64,000 nucleotides of DNA from an uncultured candidate division Zixibacteria bacterium (GTDB lineage: Bacteria; Zixibacteria; MSB-5A5; UBA10806; 4484-95). Where the stretch lies: the NCBI GenBank assembly GCA_963668625.2, contig CAXXKA010000008.1, positions 1,184,001 through 1,248,000 on the forward strand, in the 5' to 3' direction. Positions 37,471 to 48,208 of this stretch are shown here, one piece after another (position 1 is the stretch's first letter; every line of letters begins with the position of its first letter). The notes below the pieces were generated by a model. The model searched no databases and had not been told where the DNA came from. It worked only from the letters and a program-made list of their open reading frames with translations. The translations under genes were made by a program, and so were the position numbers.

Positions 37471-37647
37471 TCTGTATGCTTTTTATAAAAGCTGATGCGC
37501 ATCACTGCTTACTGACAAACCGCCACATGCCGCAAGAGCGTGCGCATCAACCTTAAATCTATTTGGAATTAGTTCGTGATATGATACAATCGAGGTAGGG
37601 AATTATTCCCGGGAAATCTGATATCAAATTGTAATTAGGATTTATAC

Positions 37648-38544
37648 TTACCCCAGCTTGGCCCGCTTGGCCAGGTAGCCAAACAGCGCCTTATCGAAAG
37701 GCACGCTGGTGTCCAGTAGATGGTAGTCTATCAGCGAATCGCGGCAGGCGCGGGAGAAATACTCGATATACTCGTTTAGCCGCTCCTTATATTCTCGCCT
37801 GATCTGATGCGGATTAGTTAAAAGCATCTCGCCGGTTTCCATATCTTTGAATCGCGCCTCGGCTTTATAGTTGAAATTGCGCTCGAACGGATCGAGAATC
37901 TGGAATACTATCACCTCATGCTTTTTGTGACGGAAATGCTTGAGGCCCATCAGCATCTTCTCGGGGTCATCGAATAAATCGGAGATTACGACTATCAAGC
38001 CACGGCGCTTTATCCTGTCGGCCAATTCATGAAACGAGTTGGCGGCATCGGTGCGCTGCGAGGGCTGTATCTCGTGCAGTTCTTTCAAGATATGATTGAT
38101 ATGCGAACGCGTCCCCCTGGGCGGAATATACGACCGGATTTTCTCATCATAGACAAGCAAACCGGGGCTATCCTGTTGGCGAAGCATCATGTAAGACAGC
38201 GCCGCCGCCAGATACGAGCCGTATTCCAGTTTGGAGATACCGTCGGACTTGTAACCCATCGAGGCCGAGGAATCCAGAAGTATATAGCCGCGAAGGTTAG
38301 TCTCCTCCTCGAATTGCTTGATATAGTAGCGATCGGATTTGCCATACACTTTCCAGTCAACGTGACGGATATCATCCCCGGGCATATACTGGCGATGTTC
38401 GGCGAACTCGACCGAGAAACCGTGATATGGGCTTTTATGCAGCCCGACTATGAATCCCTCGACGACTAACCGGGCTTTAAGCTCCATACCGGCCAGTTTA
38501 CTGACTGTCTCGGGATCGAGATATTTTTTGTAATCATCAGCCAT
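37648..38544 (-). CDS. DUF58 protein (MoxR/vWA-associated)
   Basis: GLHKSPYHGFSVEFAEHRQYMPGDDIRHVDWK, KQFEEETN, DSSASM, ISDL. Start ATG 38544 (track: 38628). Confidence 0.92.
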   Translation of the reverse strand: MADDYKKYLDPETVSKLAGMELKARLVVEGFIVGLHKSPYHGFSVEFAEHRQYMPGDDIRHVDWKVYGKSDRYYIKQFEEETNLRGYILLDSSASMGYKSDGISKLEYGSYLAAALSYMMLRQQDSPGLLVYDEKIRSYIPPRGTRSHINHILKELHEIQPSQRTDAANSFHELADRIKRRGLIVVISDLFDDPEKMLMGLKHFRHKKHEVIVFQILDPFERNFNYKAEARFKDMETGEMLLTNPHQIRREYKERLNEYIEYFSRACRDSLIDYHLLDTSVPFDKALFGYLAKRAKLG

Positions 38545-38643
38545 ATTGATATTATACACAATAAGGTCGCGAAAGGTTAGAGGAAATTGAATTTTATCAG
38601 ATATCTGGCGGATTTTACATAAAATCATTAGTACAGGGATATT

Positions 38644-38734
38644 GTGATTGGGGTACGTCCTCGCCTGCCCTGGCGGTGCCTCAACTGGTTTGCCCGCTAA
38701 CGAAAGCCGGCGGACGAGGACATCCGCCAGCCAC
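38644..38734. repeat. Inverted pair of REP-like palindromes (REPIN-like)
   Basis: GTGATTGGGGTACGTCCTCGCCTGCC and the reverse complement of GGCGGACGAGGACATCCGCCAGCCAC are clearly homologous; the right copy forms its own hairpin. Confidence 0.55.
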
Positions 38735-38931
38735 AGAGTTTAGCTTGAAATTGACGTTTATATACCGAATGGTCATGTGTAATCTTAAGTGTATTAATTA
38801 ATTGGAACCTGTTAATTGCTATGCTTGTATAAATAGGGGAGAGGTGCGTCCGTAGTTTTCGGCGTTTTAGCCCCTTGACTAAATCGAGAATGTGGTTAAA
38901 TTATAATAGATAATTCAACGAAGGAGTTGTA

Positions 38932-41386
38932 ATGATACGCTCTTATATTATTCTATCAGTATTGCTGATAATTACCGCAGCGCCTCTTCTTGCAGCGGAT
39001 AGTTATATTATCGTGGTTGATGGTATTAACGGCTCCAACCAGAATCGGTTGGAGGGTTATCCTAACCGGGCTTATACTAAGATGTCAGACAGGGTGTATC
39101 TTTATGGCTACGATGATGATTTGCAATGGCTTGATAAGCGTTCCGTTAAATATCGGGCGACTCCGATAACCGGTGAACCCTCCTCTCTTTACCTTTGTTA
39201 TGGTACGTTAGAAAGCGATATTACCGGCTCTATTTTCGATATCGGCCGTGATTATATTTTATCGGATAGACCGGTGGCGGATCATTTCTGCAGAAAAATC
39301 AAAACCGATAGGTTGCCTTTTTCCGAATCCTCGGCAAATTTGATCACCGACACGTACGATTATCATCCAACCGTAGCCGCTCTTATCGATGGTGTCGAAG
39401 AGGATTCGTTAATGGATTTTCTGTCGCGTCTTTCGGGCGAGTTGCCTATCGAGATCGACGGCCAAACCGACACCATTCACACTCGTTACTCCGGTACCGA
39501 GGATAACGAAATGGCAGCCAGATATATCCGGCAGACTCTCGAAAGCTATGGTTATGATGTCGAATATCATGGTTTTTACAGCGGTGAACTTCGTAAGATA
39601 AGCGCTTATGATGAAAACCAGGTCTGGATTGTTGAGAACTCCGGCAAGGCTTATCGTACGGTAGATGGTGAAAACTGGCATCTCATGGATATCGGCTTCG
39701 AAACGGATTGGTGGGGCGTGGAAAATAGCGGCCCTGATTCCGTATGGATATCCGGTATGTTCGGTAATCTGTATTTTTCGGATGATGGCGGCGATAGCTG
39801 GGAGGCGCAATCGAGCGGCACGAGTAACTATCTTTTCGGAATACAGTTCGTTGACGCGCAAGAGGGCTGGGTAGCCGGTGATTACGGATTGATTCTTCAT
39901 ACCACAAATGGCGGGCAGAATTGGACGGTGCAGAACACGCCTACCAGTGACCGCCTATATGATGTTTTCTTCCTCGATTCCGAATGCGGCTGGGCGGTCG
40001 GTAGACAGGGCACCATCGTTCACACCACCAATGGCGGCCAGACCTGGACCAGCCAGAATATCTCATCCTCACAAAGACTGTACGGCATTTGTTTCACCGA
40101 TAGTCAGCATGGCTGGGTAACCGGTTGGGGTGGATTAGTTAAATACACCACAAACGGCGGCTCGAGCTGGCAGGATGTCGACCTGGGGGATTATTCGGAG
40201 AAATATGCGGTGCAGTTTACCAATACCAATCATGGTTGTATTGCCGGTTGGGATGGCAAAATATATGTCACATTCGATGCCGGCACAACCTGGGAGACGG
40301 CCACGACCAATACGACTGACAATCTTTATGCCTTAGAATTTTGCAGCGATACTCGGGGATACGCCGCCGGGGATGACGCCTTGCTATACACTCATGACGG
40401 CGGGCTTAACTGGTACGAAATAAGCAGCGGCATGGAGGATGCCTGGCGTAACGTTATTGGCACCAAACTCGGTACTACACTGTTCGAGGAGCAAGTTATA
40501 ATTTGCGGTCATTTCGATAATATATCCCAAACTCCGGAGATTAGAGCGACCGGCGCCGACGATAACGGTTCGGGCACGATGGCGGTACTGGAGGCGGCCC
40601 GGCTATACGCCAATACTAATTTCGAGCGCACGATTAAATTTTGCTTATGGACAGGCGAGGAGCAAGGACTGACCGGCTCGGCGGCATATGCAGCCGATGC
40701 TTACCGCAATGGCGATATCATAATGGGAGTGTATAATTACGATATGATCGCTTATGATGGTAATGCCGATTATATAGGTGAACTTCACTGCGGAACAATG
40801 AGCACCTCGCATGCGATAGGAGACCTGTTGGTTGATGTGATAGATGATTACAGTATCTTGCTCAACCCGGAATATATCACGATCGGCTCTACCAACCGGT
40901 CCGATCACGCCTCGTTCTGGGATTATAATTACGGCGCGATACTGGGTATCGAGGATTTCGGGTGATGATTTCAATCCGTTTTATCATACTACCGAGGACA
41001 ATATGGAGCATATCGTTGCCGACTATTTCACGCAGTATGTTAAAGCCGCAGTTGGAGCGGCGGCCACGCTGGCCATGCCGGATACGATTAATTCGGATAT
41101 TAATGATGCCAATGCATTGCCCGATAATTACCTGGTATCATCGAATTACCCCAACCCATTTAATGCTAATACGGTAATTAATTTTAATCTTCCTTCAAAA
41201 TCCTCAACGCGCGTAAGTGTTTATGATGTGCTAGGTCGTGAGGTCGAGGTGTTGTTAGAGGATAATCTCAACGCCGGGAAACATAAGGTGCGCTGGCAGG
41301 CCGATGATTATTCCAGCGGTATTTATTTCTACAGGATAAAGACCGATTACGATCTATTAACCAAGCGGATGATATTGTTGAAGTAG
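38932..41386 (+). CDS. Secreted M28 metallopeptidase with an inserted YCF48/BNR beta-propeller and C-terminal sorting domain; +1 frameshift near 40960
   Basis: TRYS, TTNGG.W repeats, NVIG, CGHFD, GADDNGSG, GEEQGL.GS, DMI, SDHASFW. The second frame continues DDFNPFYHT...NYPNPFNA...RMILLK. Removing one G from GGG at 40960-40962 restores about 817 aa. Confidence 0.8.
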
Positions 41387-41515
41387 AACAATCTCTACGA
41401 TTCTCACATAGCGCATAACTTTCCGGTTCCAAAACGCTGCATCGTAATGAGGGCAGGTAATAAGTTGCTGGTCGCAGGGGCGTATCGAATATGCCTTTTC
41501 CTGCTTAAGGAATTA

Positions 41516-42427
41516 TCAGCCCGGCTTTTTCACCCGAAGCTTAAGCCCCATGTTCTCGAATAATGCCGTACACAACGCTTTTGCCCAGTAATCGTTGGTG
41601 ACATTGATGACGCCGAATATGATACCATCGGAATAACTCACCAGTATCTTGCCGTTGTCATCAGTGATAGCATACACCGACTTCTCGCCGACTCCCGCCA
41701 TGTGAGTCATAATTCGTCCCTGTTTTTGCAGCACTTTCACGAAAGTATCGTATTCGATATTCGTACGGTTCCTGGCGTAGAACAATCGGGTGGTTTTATC
41801 ATACCTGATATAGTCGGCCGACCAACATGATTCGGGTACGGCATAAGAGTCGAAACCTTTCGGCCAGAATTTGAAACTATGTCCGGCCAGTCGTTTGTCG
41901 GGGAACACATCGAACTGGGTCGGCATCATCTCCGACCCCGGTAACAACCGATCCAGCGATTTCGCCAGCGAGGTAAGGCTTTGCAGTTCGGGCAGGTCAT
42001 CTCCGAAAGTATTGATGGTCATGAAATAGCGGTCCTTGAAATAATAAATGTAACCCTCTCCCAAAAGAGATTGCGTGCCAACGCTGATGTAATTATCATC
42101 CGGCATCCTCTTGCGGGCATATATGCCGAATGCCCCCAGCATATCGGAGAACTCGTATATGTCAACCGAATATGTCATGTTGTTTTTTTTATACTCCACG
42201 CCGGCCGCCTGGGTGATATCGTATGCCAGGTACAGTTCCGCGTTGCCGGCGAATTTTTCGGCAAGTTGTTCCCTGGAGAAAACCCTGATATCCGAGGTTC
42301 GGGTAAAATCGGGGAGTTTGGTGGATAGAACGGTGTTAAAATCGATGGCCGGCAATGATTGATTCTCGTATGAGCAGCCGGCAATCATCAGCGCAAATAT
42401 CATTAAATAACATAGTTTCCTGATCAT
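41516..42427 (-). CDS. Lipoprotein of unknown function (DUF6599-like, divergent paralog of 7153-8052)
   Basis: Lipobox IAGC; F....L.....GNAELY..Y, VDIYEF....GAFGIY. Confidence 0.6.
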   Translation of the reverse strand: MIRKLCYLMIFALMIAGCSYENQSLPAIDFNTVLSTKLPDFTRTSDIRVFSREQLAEKFAGNAELYLAYDITQAAGVEYKKNNMTYSVDIYEFSDMLGAFGIYARKRMPDDNYISVGTQSLLGEGYIYYFKDRYFMTINTFGDDLPELQSLTSLAKSLDRLLPGSEMMPTQFDVFPDKRLAGHSFKFWPKGFDSYAVPESCWSADYIRYDKTTRLFYARNRTNIEYDTFVKVLQKQGRIMTHMAGVGEKSVYAITDDNGKILVSYSDGIIFGVINVTNDYWAKALCTALFENMGLKLRVKKPG

Positions 42428-44058
42428 TCCGATTTAACCTTTTTCGGGCGATGCATTATCATCTCATTGGCCGGGTTTCTACTTTCGCCTACTGATGATA
42501 CCCGTATCCCTTTCTTACCCTCGATGGGACAGGCGTATTCGCATGCTCCACATCCTATACATTGATTCGGATCGACCTGTGGACGTTTTAGCGTGATAGT
42601 TTTGCCCGCAGGTGTTACTATCGTATCCTCGCGCAGCCTGATAGCTTTTTGGGAGGTGGGACACCATTCCTCGCAAACCAGGCATTCGGTATCGAACGCC
42701 CAGGGGAGACATCTATTTCTATCTACGAATGCCGTACCGATACTGATTTGCCTTTCGCCGTTTTCACCGTGACGTTTCTCTCTTGTCAGCGCCTCGATAG
42801 CGCCGGTGGGGCAGGCCTGACCGCAAAGTACGCAATTATACTCGCAATAACCGATAACCGGAATCAGGTAGGGCGTGAATATTCCCTCCCAGCCGGCCTC
42901 TAAAAGCGTGGGATGGATGGCGTTTGTCGGACAGATTTTCATGCACTGGCCGCAACGGATACATCTGGATAAAAACTCCTCCTCGGCAATAGTGCCGGGG
43001 GGACGAATCAGTTTGGGCTGTGTTTTAAAGCTATCGGTTCCAGAGCGTAATGCAGGCGCCGCCAGAAGCCCGGTCGCACCGGCTAACAATACCTTGCGTC
43101 GGGTTAGCTGCGGTTTGGGTTTATATTTCTTGCTTTGCTCGAAAAAACCAAACGAGAGCGCGTCATGAGGGCAATCCGCCAGGCAGTTAAGGCAGAGATG
43201 ACATTCCGTACGATGGTGCGGCAGGTCTTGATGAGGGTTATCGCCTCCCTGGCATTTCAACAGGCACTTGTTGCAGCCATCACATTTTGACTCATCCTTT
43301 TTCAAGCCGAAAATCGCAAAACTCGACAGTAGTCCCAGACAGGCCCCGAGCGGACAGATTGCCCGACACCAGAAACGGGTATAAATTCTGTTAGCTACTA
43401 TTATTATCAGAAAAATTAAAGCCAGCCAGAATATGCCATGAAAATGTGGTTGCTTATCGGGTAAGAATAATATGCTAAGGCCGCGATGAAGCCCCTCCCC
43501 GAGCCAGGTGAAAACCACGATATCTCCCGACCATAACCAGGTTATGAAGGTTTTTAAAAGCCAGGTAAGCGATGGCAATACCACCATCGAGAGAGAACGC
43601 CCCAGCAGCGAAATCGGATCGAACACCCCGGTTTGAAGGCTTCCCCAGACAGCCATGCCGGCGAATATCAAAAGTAAATAGTATTTCAGGCTCTGGTATG
43701 GTTTGTAGATATTGGATTGCATCAGCCTTTTAGCGCGATGCTCCCGCCTTTCCGATTTAAACGATGAAAAGAAGTGATTCATCGTGCCCAGCGGGCAAAT
43801 CCAGCCGCAGAAATATCGCCCGAATATTATCGTAGTTATCAAAATGATGAATCCCAGCGCAAGCGTACCGTAAATTATCCCGGCAGTTACCGAGGTACCT
43901 ATCAGGTTAAGGGGGTTGATATCGAAAAAGAATTTCAGCCATGAGGGCACCGATTCTTTATCGGGATTATAATTGTATTGTGTGGCGAATACGAAATACA
44001 TGAAAAGGACGAAAAAAAGTGTTTGCGAGATGATTCTGGCTATTCTGTATTTTTTCAA
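42424..44058 (-). CDS. Membrane polyferredoxin (NapH/MauN-like TM domain fused to NapG/MauM-like domain)
   Basis: GRYFCGWICPLG, RFWCRAICPLG, multiple CxxCxxCxxxC(P) motifs, TRRKVL, IRPPG; TTG start after GGAG. Confidence 0.88.
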   Translation of the reverse strand: MKKYRIARIISQTLFFVLFMYFVFATQYNYNPDKESVPSWLKFFFDINPLNLIGTSVTAGIIYGTLALGFIILITTIIFGRYFCGWICPLGTMNHFFSSFKSERREHRAKRLMQSNIYKPYQSLKYYLLLIFAGMAVWGSLQTGVFDPISLLGRSLSMVVLPSLTWLLKTFITWLWSGDIVVFTWLGEGLHRGLSILFLPDKQPHFHGIFWLALIFLIIIVANRIYTRFWCRAICPLGACLGLLSSFAIFGLKKDESKCDGCNKCLLKCQGGDNPHQDLPHHRTECHLCLNCLADCPHDALSFGFFEQSKKYKPKPQLTRRKVLLAGATGLLAAPALRSGTDSFKTQPKLIRPPGTIAEEEFLSRCIRCGQCMKICPTNAIHPTLLEAGWEGIFTPYLIPVIGYCEYNCVLCGQACPTGAIEALTREKRHGENGERQISIGTAFVDRNRCLPWAFDTECLVCEEWCPTSQKAIRLREDTIVTPAGKTITLKRPQVDPNQCIGCGACEYACPIEGKKGIRVSSVGESRNPANEMIMHRPKKVKSE

Positions 44059-44075
44059 GACTCCATATCCCTTTA

Positions 44076-45035
44076 TCAGATTTCGATTTCAGCTATTTTA
44101 TCGGGGGTGGGTTTGGCGTTGCCCAGTCCCATCTCCTGGCCAAGAGCGATATATCCGAAATCGCTCGGTTGTTTGCTCAAAAAGCGGGTTGCATAAGCGT
44201 CGGCAGCCACCTGGTCGGTGGATGCGATGATGGTGTTATGCGTTATGACATCATCTATACGCCCGCCGGTTGGGCCGTTGCGTTGAAGCACGCGGGTAGC
44301 ATCCTCAATCGTAAGAGTAGCCGGGAACAGCCGGGTAAGCTCTGCCAGGTTCATATCTATCCCCTGGTGAAGGCGGTTACGCGGTCCGGTCAGCGCTCCG
44401 AACCAGTTTTTCATCGCGCCTGTCATCCCGGAAAGCCCGTGATGTTTTACCACCGGCACGTTGAACAGCTTATCGCATTCGAGTATCGGTTTTAGTACCT
44501 GCCATTTTCCCAGGCTCTCCAGTCCGAAATCTACCTCGGTGAAATCGTTATCACCAGCGATTATGACCTCGGCGCCGCTTTGCTCGGCGGCCTCTTTGAT
44601 TCCCGAACGATTATACGTTCGCCGGGCGCTGTTACAGGTAACATCGATGACAACCACACGACCCGCGCCGGCTTTGAGGCACAACTCCACCAGCTCACTG
44701 ACAACATCGGGGTGAGTGTTGGCGCCTAACTCGGGTGTTCTATCCCAACCGATATTGGGCTTTATACATACATAATCGCCTTTGGACACGAAAGCACCGA
44801 TACCGCCAAGCGCCATGATTGCGGCGGTGGTGATTGCGCGCCAGTCTTTACCTTTGGCCGCAACTAATAGTGGATGAGAGGGATCGATATCTACAGAGTA
44901 ATTTTTAGGTGAATAGATTTTAGATATGATGTCATCCTCGTCTCGGCGGTTACCGAGTAACCATACTCCACCACCGATGACGGCTGTTGCCGCCGCCGCT
45001 TTGGCCGATTGCACGATAAATTCACGTCTTTTCAT
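44076..45035 (-). CDS. Tat-signal DUF362 (Fe-S associated) protein
   Basis: MKRREFI; LGGI..FV..GD.V.IKPNIGWDR, ANTHP, NVPVVKHH, MKN..G, D.VA.DAY. Start ATG 45035. Confidence 0.88.
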   Translation of the reverse strand: MKRREFIVQSAKAAAATAVIGGGVWLLGNRRDEDDIISKIYSPKNYSVDIDPSHPLLVAAKGKDWRAITTAAIMALGGIGAFVSKGDYVCIKPNIGWDRTPELGANTHPDVVSELVELCLKAGAGRVVVIDVTCNSARRTYNRSGIKEAAEQSGAEVIIAGDNDFTEVDFGLESLGKWQVLKPILECDKLFNVPVVKHHGLSGMTGAMKNWFGALTGPRNRLHQGIDMNLAELTRLFPATLTIEDATRVLQRNGPTGGRIDDVITHNTIIASTDQVAADAYATRFLSKQPSDFGYIALGQEMGLGNAKPTPDKIAEIEI

Positions 45036-45231
45036 GATGCTCCCAGGCAAGGTTTAGGCGAAAATTTACGGATTTCAAACTGTTTCAAATATGATTATAG
45101 CTTTATTACATCATTGTCAATAATAAAGTTATACGATTATATACGGTTTATCCTACAATTTTATGCGAAATACTTAGTACCTAACCAAATATTAATATCC
45201 CCCTCCAACTCCCGATAGATAATAGAAAGTC

Positions 45232-45260
45232 TTGACATACATAGCGTCAATTCTTATTTT
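45232..45260 (+). promoter_or_regulatory. Sigma70-type promoter of valS
   Basis: TTGACA-17 bp-TATTTT. Confidence 0.5.
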
Positions 45261-45286
45261 TGCGGTCTGATTGAAAGGACATAGTT

Positions 45287-47959
45287 ATGGTCGATATTCC
45301 AAAAGCGTACGATCCGAAGACAGTTGAGGACAGAGTCTACCAGAAATGGCTGGACGCCGGTATTTTCCACGGTGATGTCAATGCCGACAAGAAGTCCTAT
45401 TCAATAGTTATACCGCCGCCGAATGTCACGGATGTTCTGCATATCGGGCATGCCCTGAATAACACTCTTCAGGATATTCTTATCCGCTGGAAGAGGATGC
45501 ACGGGCAGGAGGCCGAATGGCTGCCGGGTGTGGATCATGCCGGTATTGCCACCCAGGTCGTGGTGGAAAAAGCATTAGCCCGCGAGGGACGGTCTCGTCA
45601 CGATATAGGCCGCGAGAAATTCGTTCAGAAAGTATGGAAATGGAAAGAGGATAAATTCGAGCGGATCATTAACCAGTTGAAAAAGATCGGCTGTAGTTGC
45701 GATTGGGATCGAACACGATTCACCATGGATGAGGGCTTATGCAAAGCCGTTATCGAGGTGTTCGTTCAATTGTACGAGAAAGGTCTGATCTATCGCGGCG
45801 AGCGAATCGTGAACTGGTGCCCCGATTGCCTGACCACGCTTTCGGATGATGAAGTCGAGCATGAGGAAATCGATTCTCATCTCTGGTACATTAAGTATAA
45901 GATAAAAGGCTCCGATGAGTTTTTGACCGTGGCCACTACCCGTCCCGAAACCATGCTGGGCGATACGGCCGTGGCGGTTAATCCCGGGGATGAGCGATTC
46001 AAAGACTACATAGGTAAAGCGGCTATCCTGCCGATCATGGATCGCGAGCTGCCGATCGTTGGTGATGAGTATGTCGATATCGAGTTCGGTACCGGCTGTG
46101 TTAAGATCACTCCGGCGCATGATCCCAACGATTTCGATATCGGAATCCGTCACAGCCTGGAGCGTATCAATATCATGAACCAGAATGGTACGTTAAACGA
46201 TAACGCCGGAAAGTATGCAGGTATGGATCGTTACGAAGCGCGCCGTATACTGGTCGAGGAGCTTAAAGAAAAAGGTTATCTCGAGAAGATCGAGGATTAC
46301 AACCTCACCTCGGGTACTTGCTATAGATGTCATACGGTTGTCGAACCGCTCATATCCAAGCAGTGGTTTGTCAAGATGCGCCCCCTGGCCGAGCCGGCGA
46401 TCGCCGCGGTTAAGGAGGGGCGGGTCAAGTTCCATCCCGAGCACTGGGTAAAGACATACCTTCACTGGATGGAGAATGTTCGCGACTGGTGTATCTCCCG
46501 TCAATTGTGGTGGGGGCATCGCATTCCCGTTTACTACTGTGATGATTGCGATGAGGTGATGGTCGCTCGCAGCAAACCCGAAACCTGTGCCCGCTGCGGC
46601 AGCAAGAATATTACGCAGGATAACGATGTGTTAGATACCTGGTTCTCCTCGTGGCTATGGCCATTCTCGACTTTCGGTTGGCCTGATAAAACCCCCGAAC
46701 TGGAGAAATTCTTCCCGACAAGAGCCCTGACAACCGCCTCGGAAATTATCTATCTTTGGGTTGCCAGAATGATTATGGCCTCGCTGGAGTTCATGGGCAC
46801 CGAGCCTTTCGCCGATGTTTACATTCATGGCACGGTCAGGGATGGTGATGGTATCAAGATGTCCAAATCGCTGGGTAACGGTATCGACCCGCTATTGATC
46901 GTTAAAGATTACGGCGCTGATGCTCTTCGTGCCTCGATTATTTTAGCTACGCCCGAGGGGCAGGACCCGCATATATCCGAAAAGACATTCGAGCATGGCC
47001 GTAATTTCGCCAATAAAATTTGGAGCGCCTCGAGATTCGTGCGTATGAACCTGGGCGAGACCAGGCTAACCAAAGATATAGATTTCACCGATGAGAACCT
47101 GGAGATGCCGGATAAGTGGATATTATCCCGTCTGGCAAAATCTATAGGGCTTGTCAATAATTACCTTTCCAGTTTCAAATTCTCCACGGCCGCCAAAGCC
47201 GCTTACGATTTCGCCTGGAACGATTTCTGCAGTAACTACCTGGAAATGATCAAACCTCGCTTGAAACCCGAGAAGAACGGTGATAAGGCCGCTGAAGTCT
47301 CCGCCCGCGCGGCGCGACTGGTAGCCGGTTACGTGCTCACTCGTATTCTCAAGCTGCTGCATCCGTTTATGCCGTTTGTCACCGAGGAGATATGGGGATT
47401 GGTGCTGGAGGATGAGGATAACTCGATGCTGGCCTCGGAGAACTGGCCCGAGCCGAGATTGAAATATATCGATGAGGAACTCGAGGGTTCGATGCAGAAA
47501 GTTATCGAGTTGGCCGAGAAGGTTCGTATCGCCTGTGGTGAACTGGCCGTTCCGCCCGCCAAGAAACCGAAAGTACTGGTCAAATGCGAAAACGATGAAC
47601 TGGTGAAGATTTTCGAAAATCACTCACCGGAGATTCGTAACCTGGCCCGTTCGGGAGAGGTGGAGGTTGGCCGCGATATCACCAAGCCGCCGTTATCGGC
47701 CTCGGCCGTAGTGCCCGGCGCGGAGATTTACATTCCGCTAGAGGGACTTATCGATATCGAGCAGGAGAAAACCAGGCTCGAAAAACAGCTCGAGGAGAAA
47801 ACCGGCTATCGGATCAAACTGGTGAAAAAACTGTCCAACGAGGATTTCGTCAAGCGCGCTCCGGCCGAGGTGGTCGAGTCAGAAAAAGCCAAGCTGATAA
47901 AAACCGAGGAATTGATAGAAAAGTTAAATAAAAACCTTGAATCTCTTTCCGGTTGGTAA
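45287..47959 (+). CDS. valS: Valine--tRNA ligase
   Basis: PPPNVT..LHIGHA, DHAGIATQ, ATTRPETMLGDTAVAV, DWCISRQLWWGHRIP, KMSKSLGN, C-terminal coiled coil. Confidence 0.98.
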   Translation: MVDIPKAYDPKTVEDRVYQKWLDAGIFHGDVNADKKSYSIVIPPPNVTDVLHIGHALNNTLQDILIRWKRMHGQEAEWLPGVDHAGIATQVVVEKALAREGRSRHDIGREKFVQKVWKWKEDKFERIINQLKKIGCSCDWDRTRFTMDEGLCKAVIEVFVQLYEKGLIYRGERIVNWCPDCLTTLSDDEVEHEEIDSHLWYIKYKIKGSDEFLTVATTRPETMLGDTAVAVNPGDERFKDYIGKAAILPIMDRELPIVGDEYVDIEFGTGCVKITPAHDPNDFDIGIRHSLERINIMNQNGTLNDNAGKYAGMDRYEARRILVEELKEKGYLEKIEDYNLTSGTCYRCHTVVEPLISKQWFVKMRPLAEPAIAAVKEGRVKFHPEHWVKTYLHWMENVRDWCISRQLWWGHRIPVYYCDDCDEVMVARSKPETCARCGSKNITQDNDVLDTWFSSWLWPFSTFGWPDKTPELEKFFPTRALTTASEIIYLWVARMIMASLEFMGTEPFADVYIHGTVRDGDGIKMSKSLGNGIDPLLIVKDYGADALRASIILATPEGQDPHISEKTFEHGRNFANKIWSASRFVRMNLGETRLTKDIDFTDENLEMPDKWILSRLAKSIGLVNNYLSSFKFSTAAKAAYDFAWNDFCSNYLEMIKPRLKPEKNGDKAAEVSARAARLVAGYVLTRILKLLHPFMPFVTEEIWGLVLEDEDNSMLASENWPEPRLKYIDEELEGSMQKVIELAEKVRIACGELAVPPAKKPKVLVKCENDELVKIFENHSPEIRNLARSGEVEVGRDITKPPLSASAVVPGAEIYIPLEGLIDIEQEKTRLEKQLEEKTGYRIKLVKKLSNEDFVKRAPAEVVESEKAKLIKTEELIEKLNKNLESLSGW

Positions 47960-48118
47960 TATATTTACGCCCGCGTTTATTAAACTTGACGTATTCCTGA
48001 TCCGGGCGGGCACAATATAAATTGCTCACAATAGTAACTCGCCGAGAAACGAACTTCACGAGATTTCATCGAGCGGTTTTCGTGGGCACACGATTTTGAA
48101 TAAATACTGCGTTTAGTG

Positions 48119-48146
48119 AGGCGGTTTGATCAAGCCGCCTTTTTTA
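48119..48146 (+). terminator. Intrinsic terminator downstream of valS
   Basis: AGGCGGTTTG-AT-CAAGCCGCCT followed by TTTTT. Confidence 0.85.
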
Positions 48147-48208
48147 TTTGTACTTGCGGAGTGATATGGCGTTTATTATTTTGTGAGCTATAAGCTAAGG
48201 GGTTAGTT

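Noticed and set aside
37296-40968. Selenocysteine or stop-codon read-through at the TGA codons ending the split ORFs
   Set aside because: Reading through TGA meets another stop within a few codons (TGA TGG ATA TAT GGA TAA; TGA TGA). Homology continues in a different frame, so these are frameshifts.
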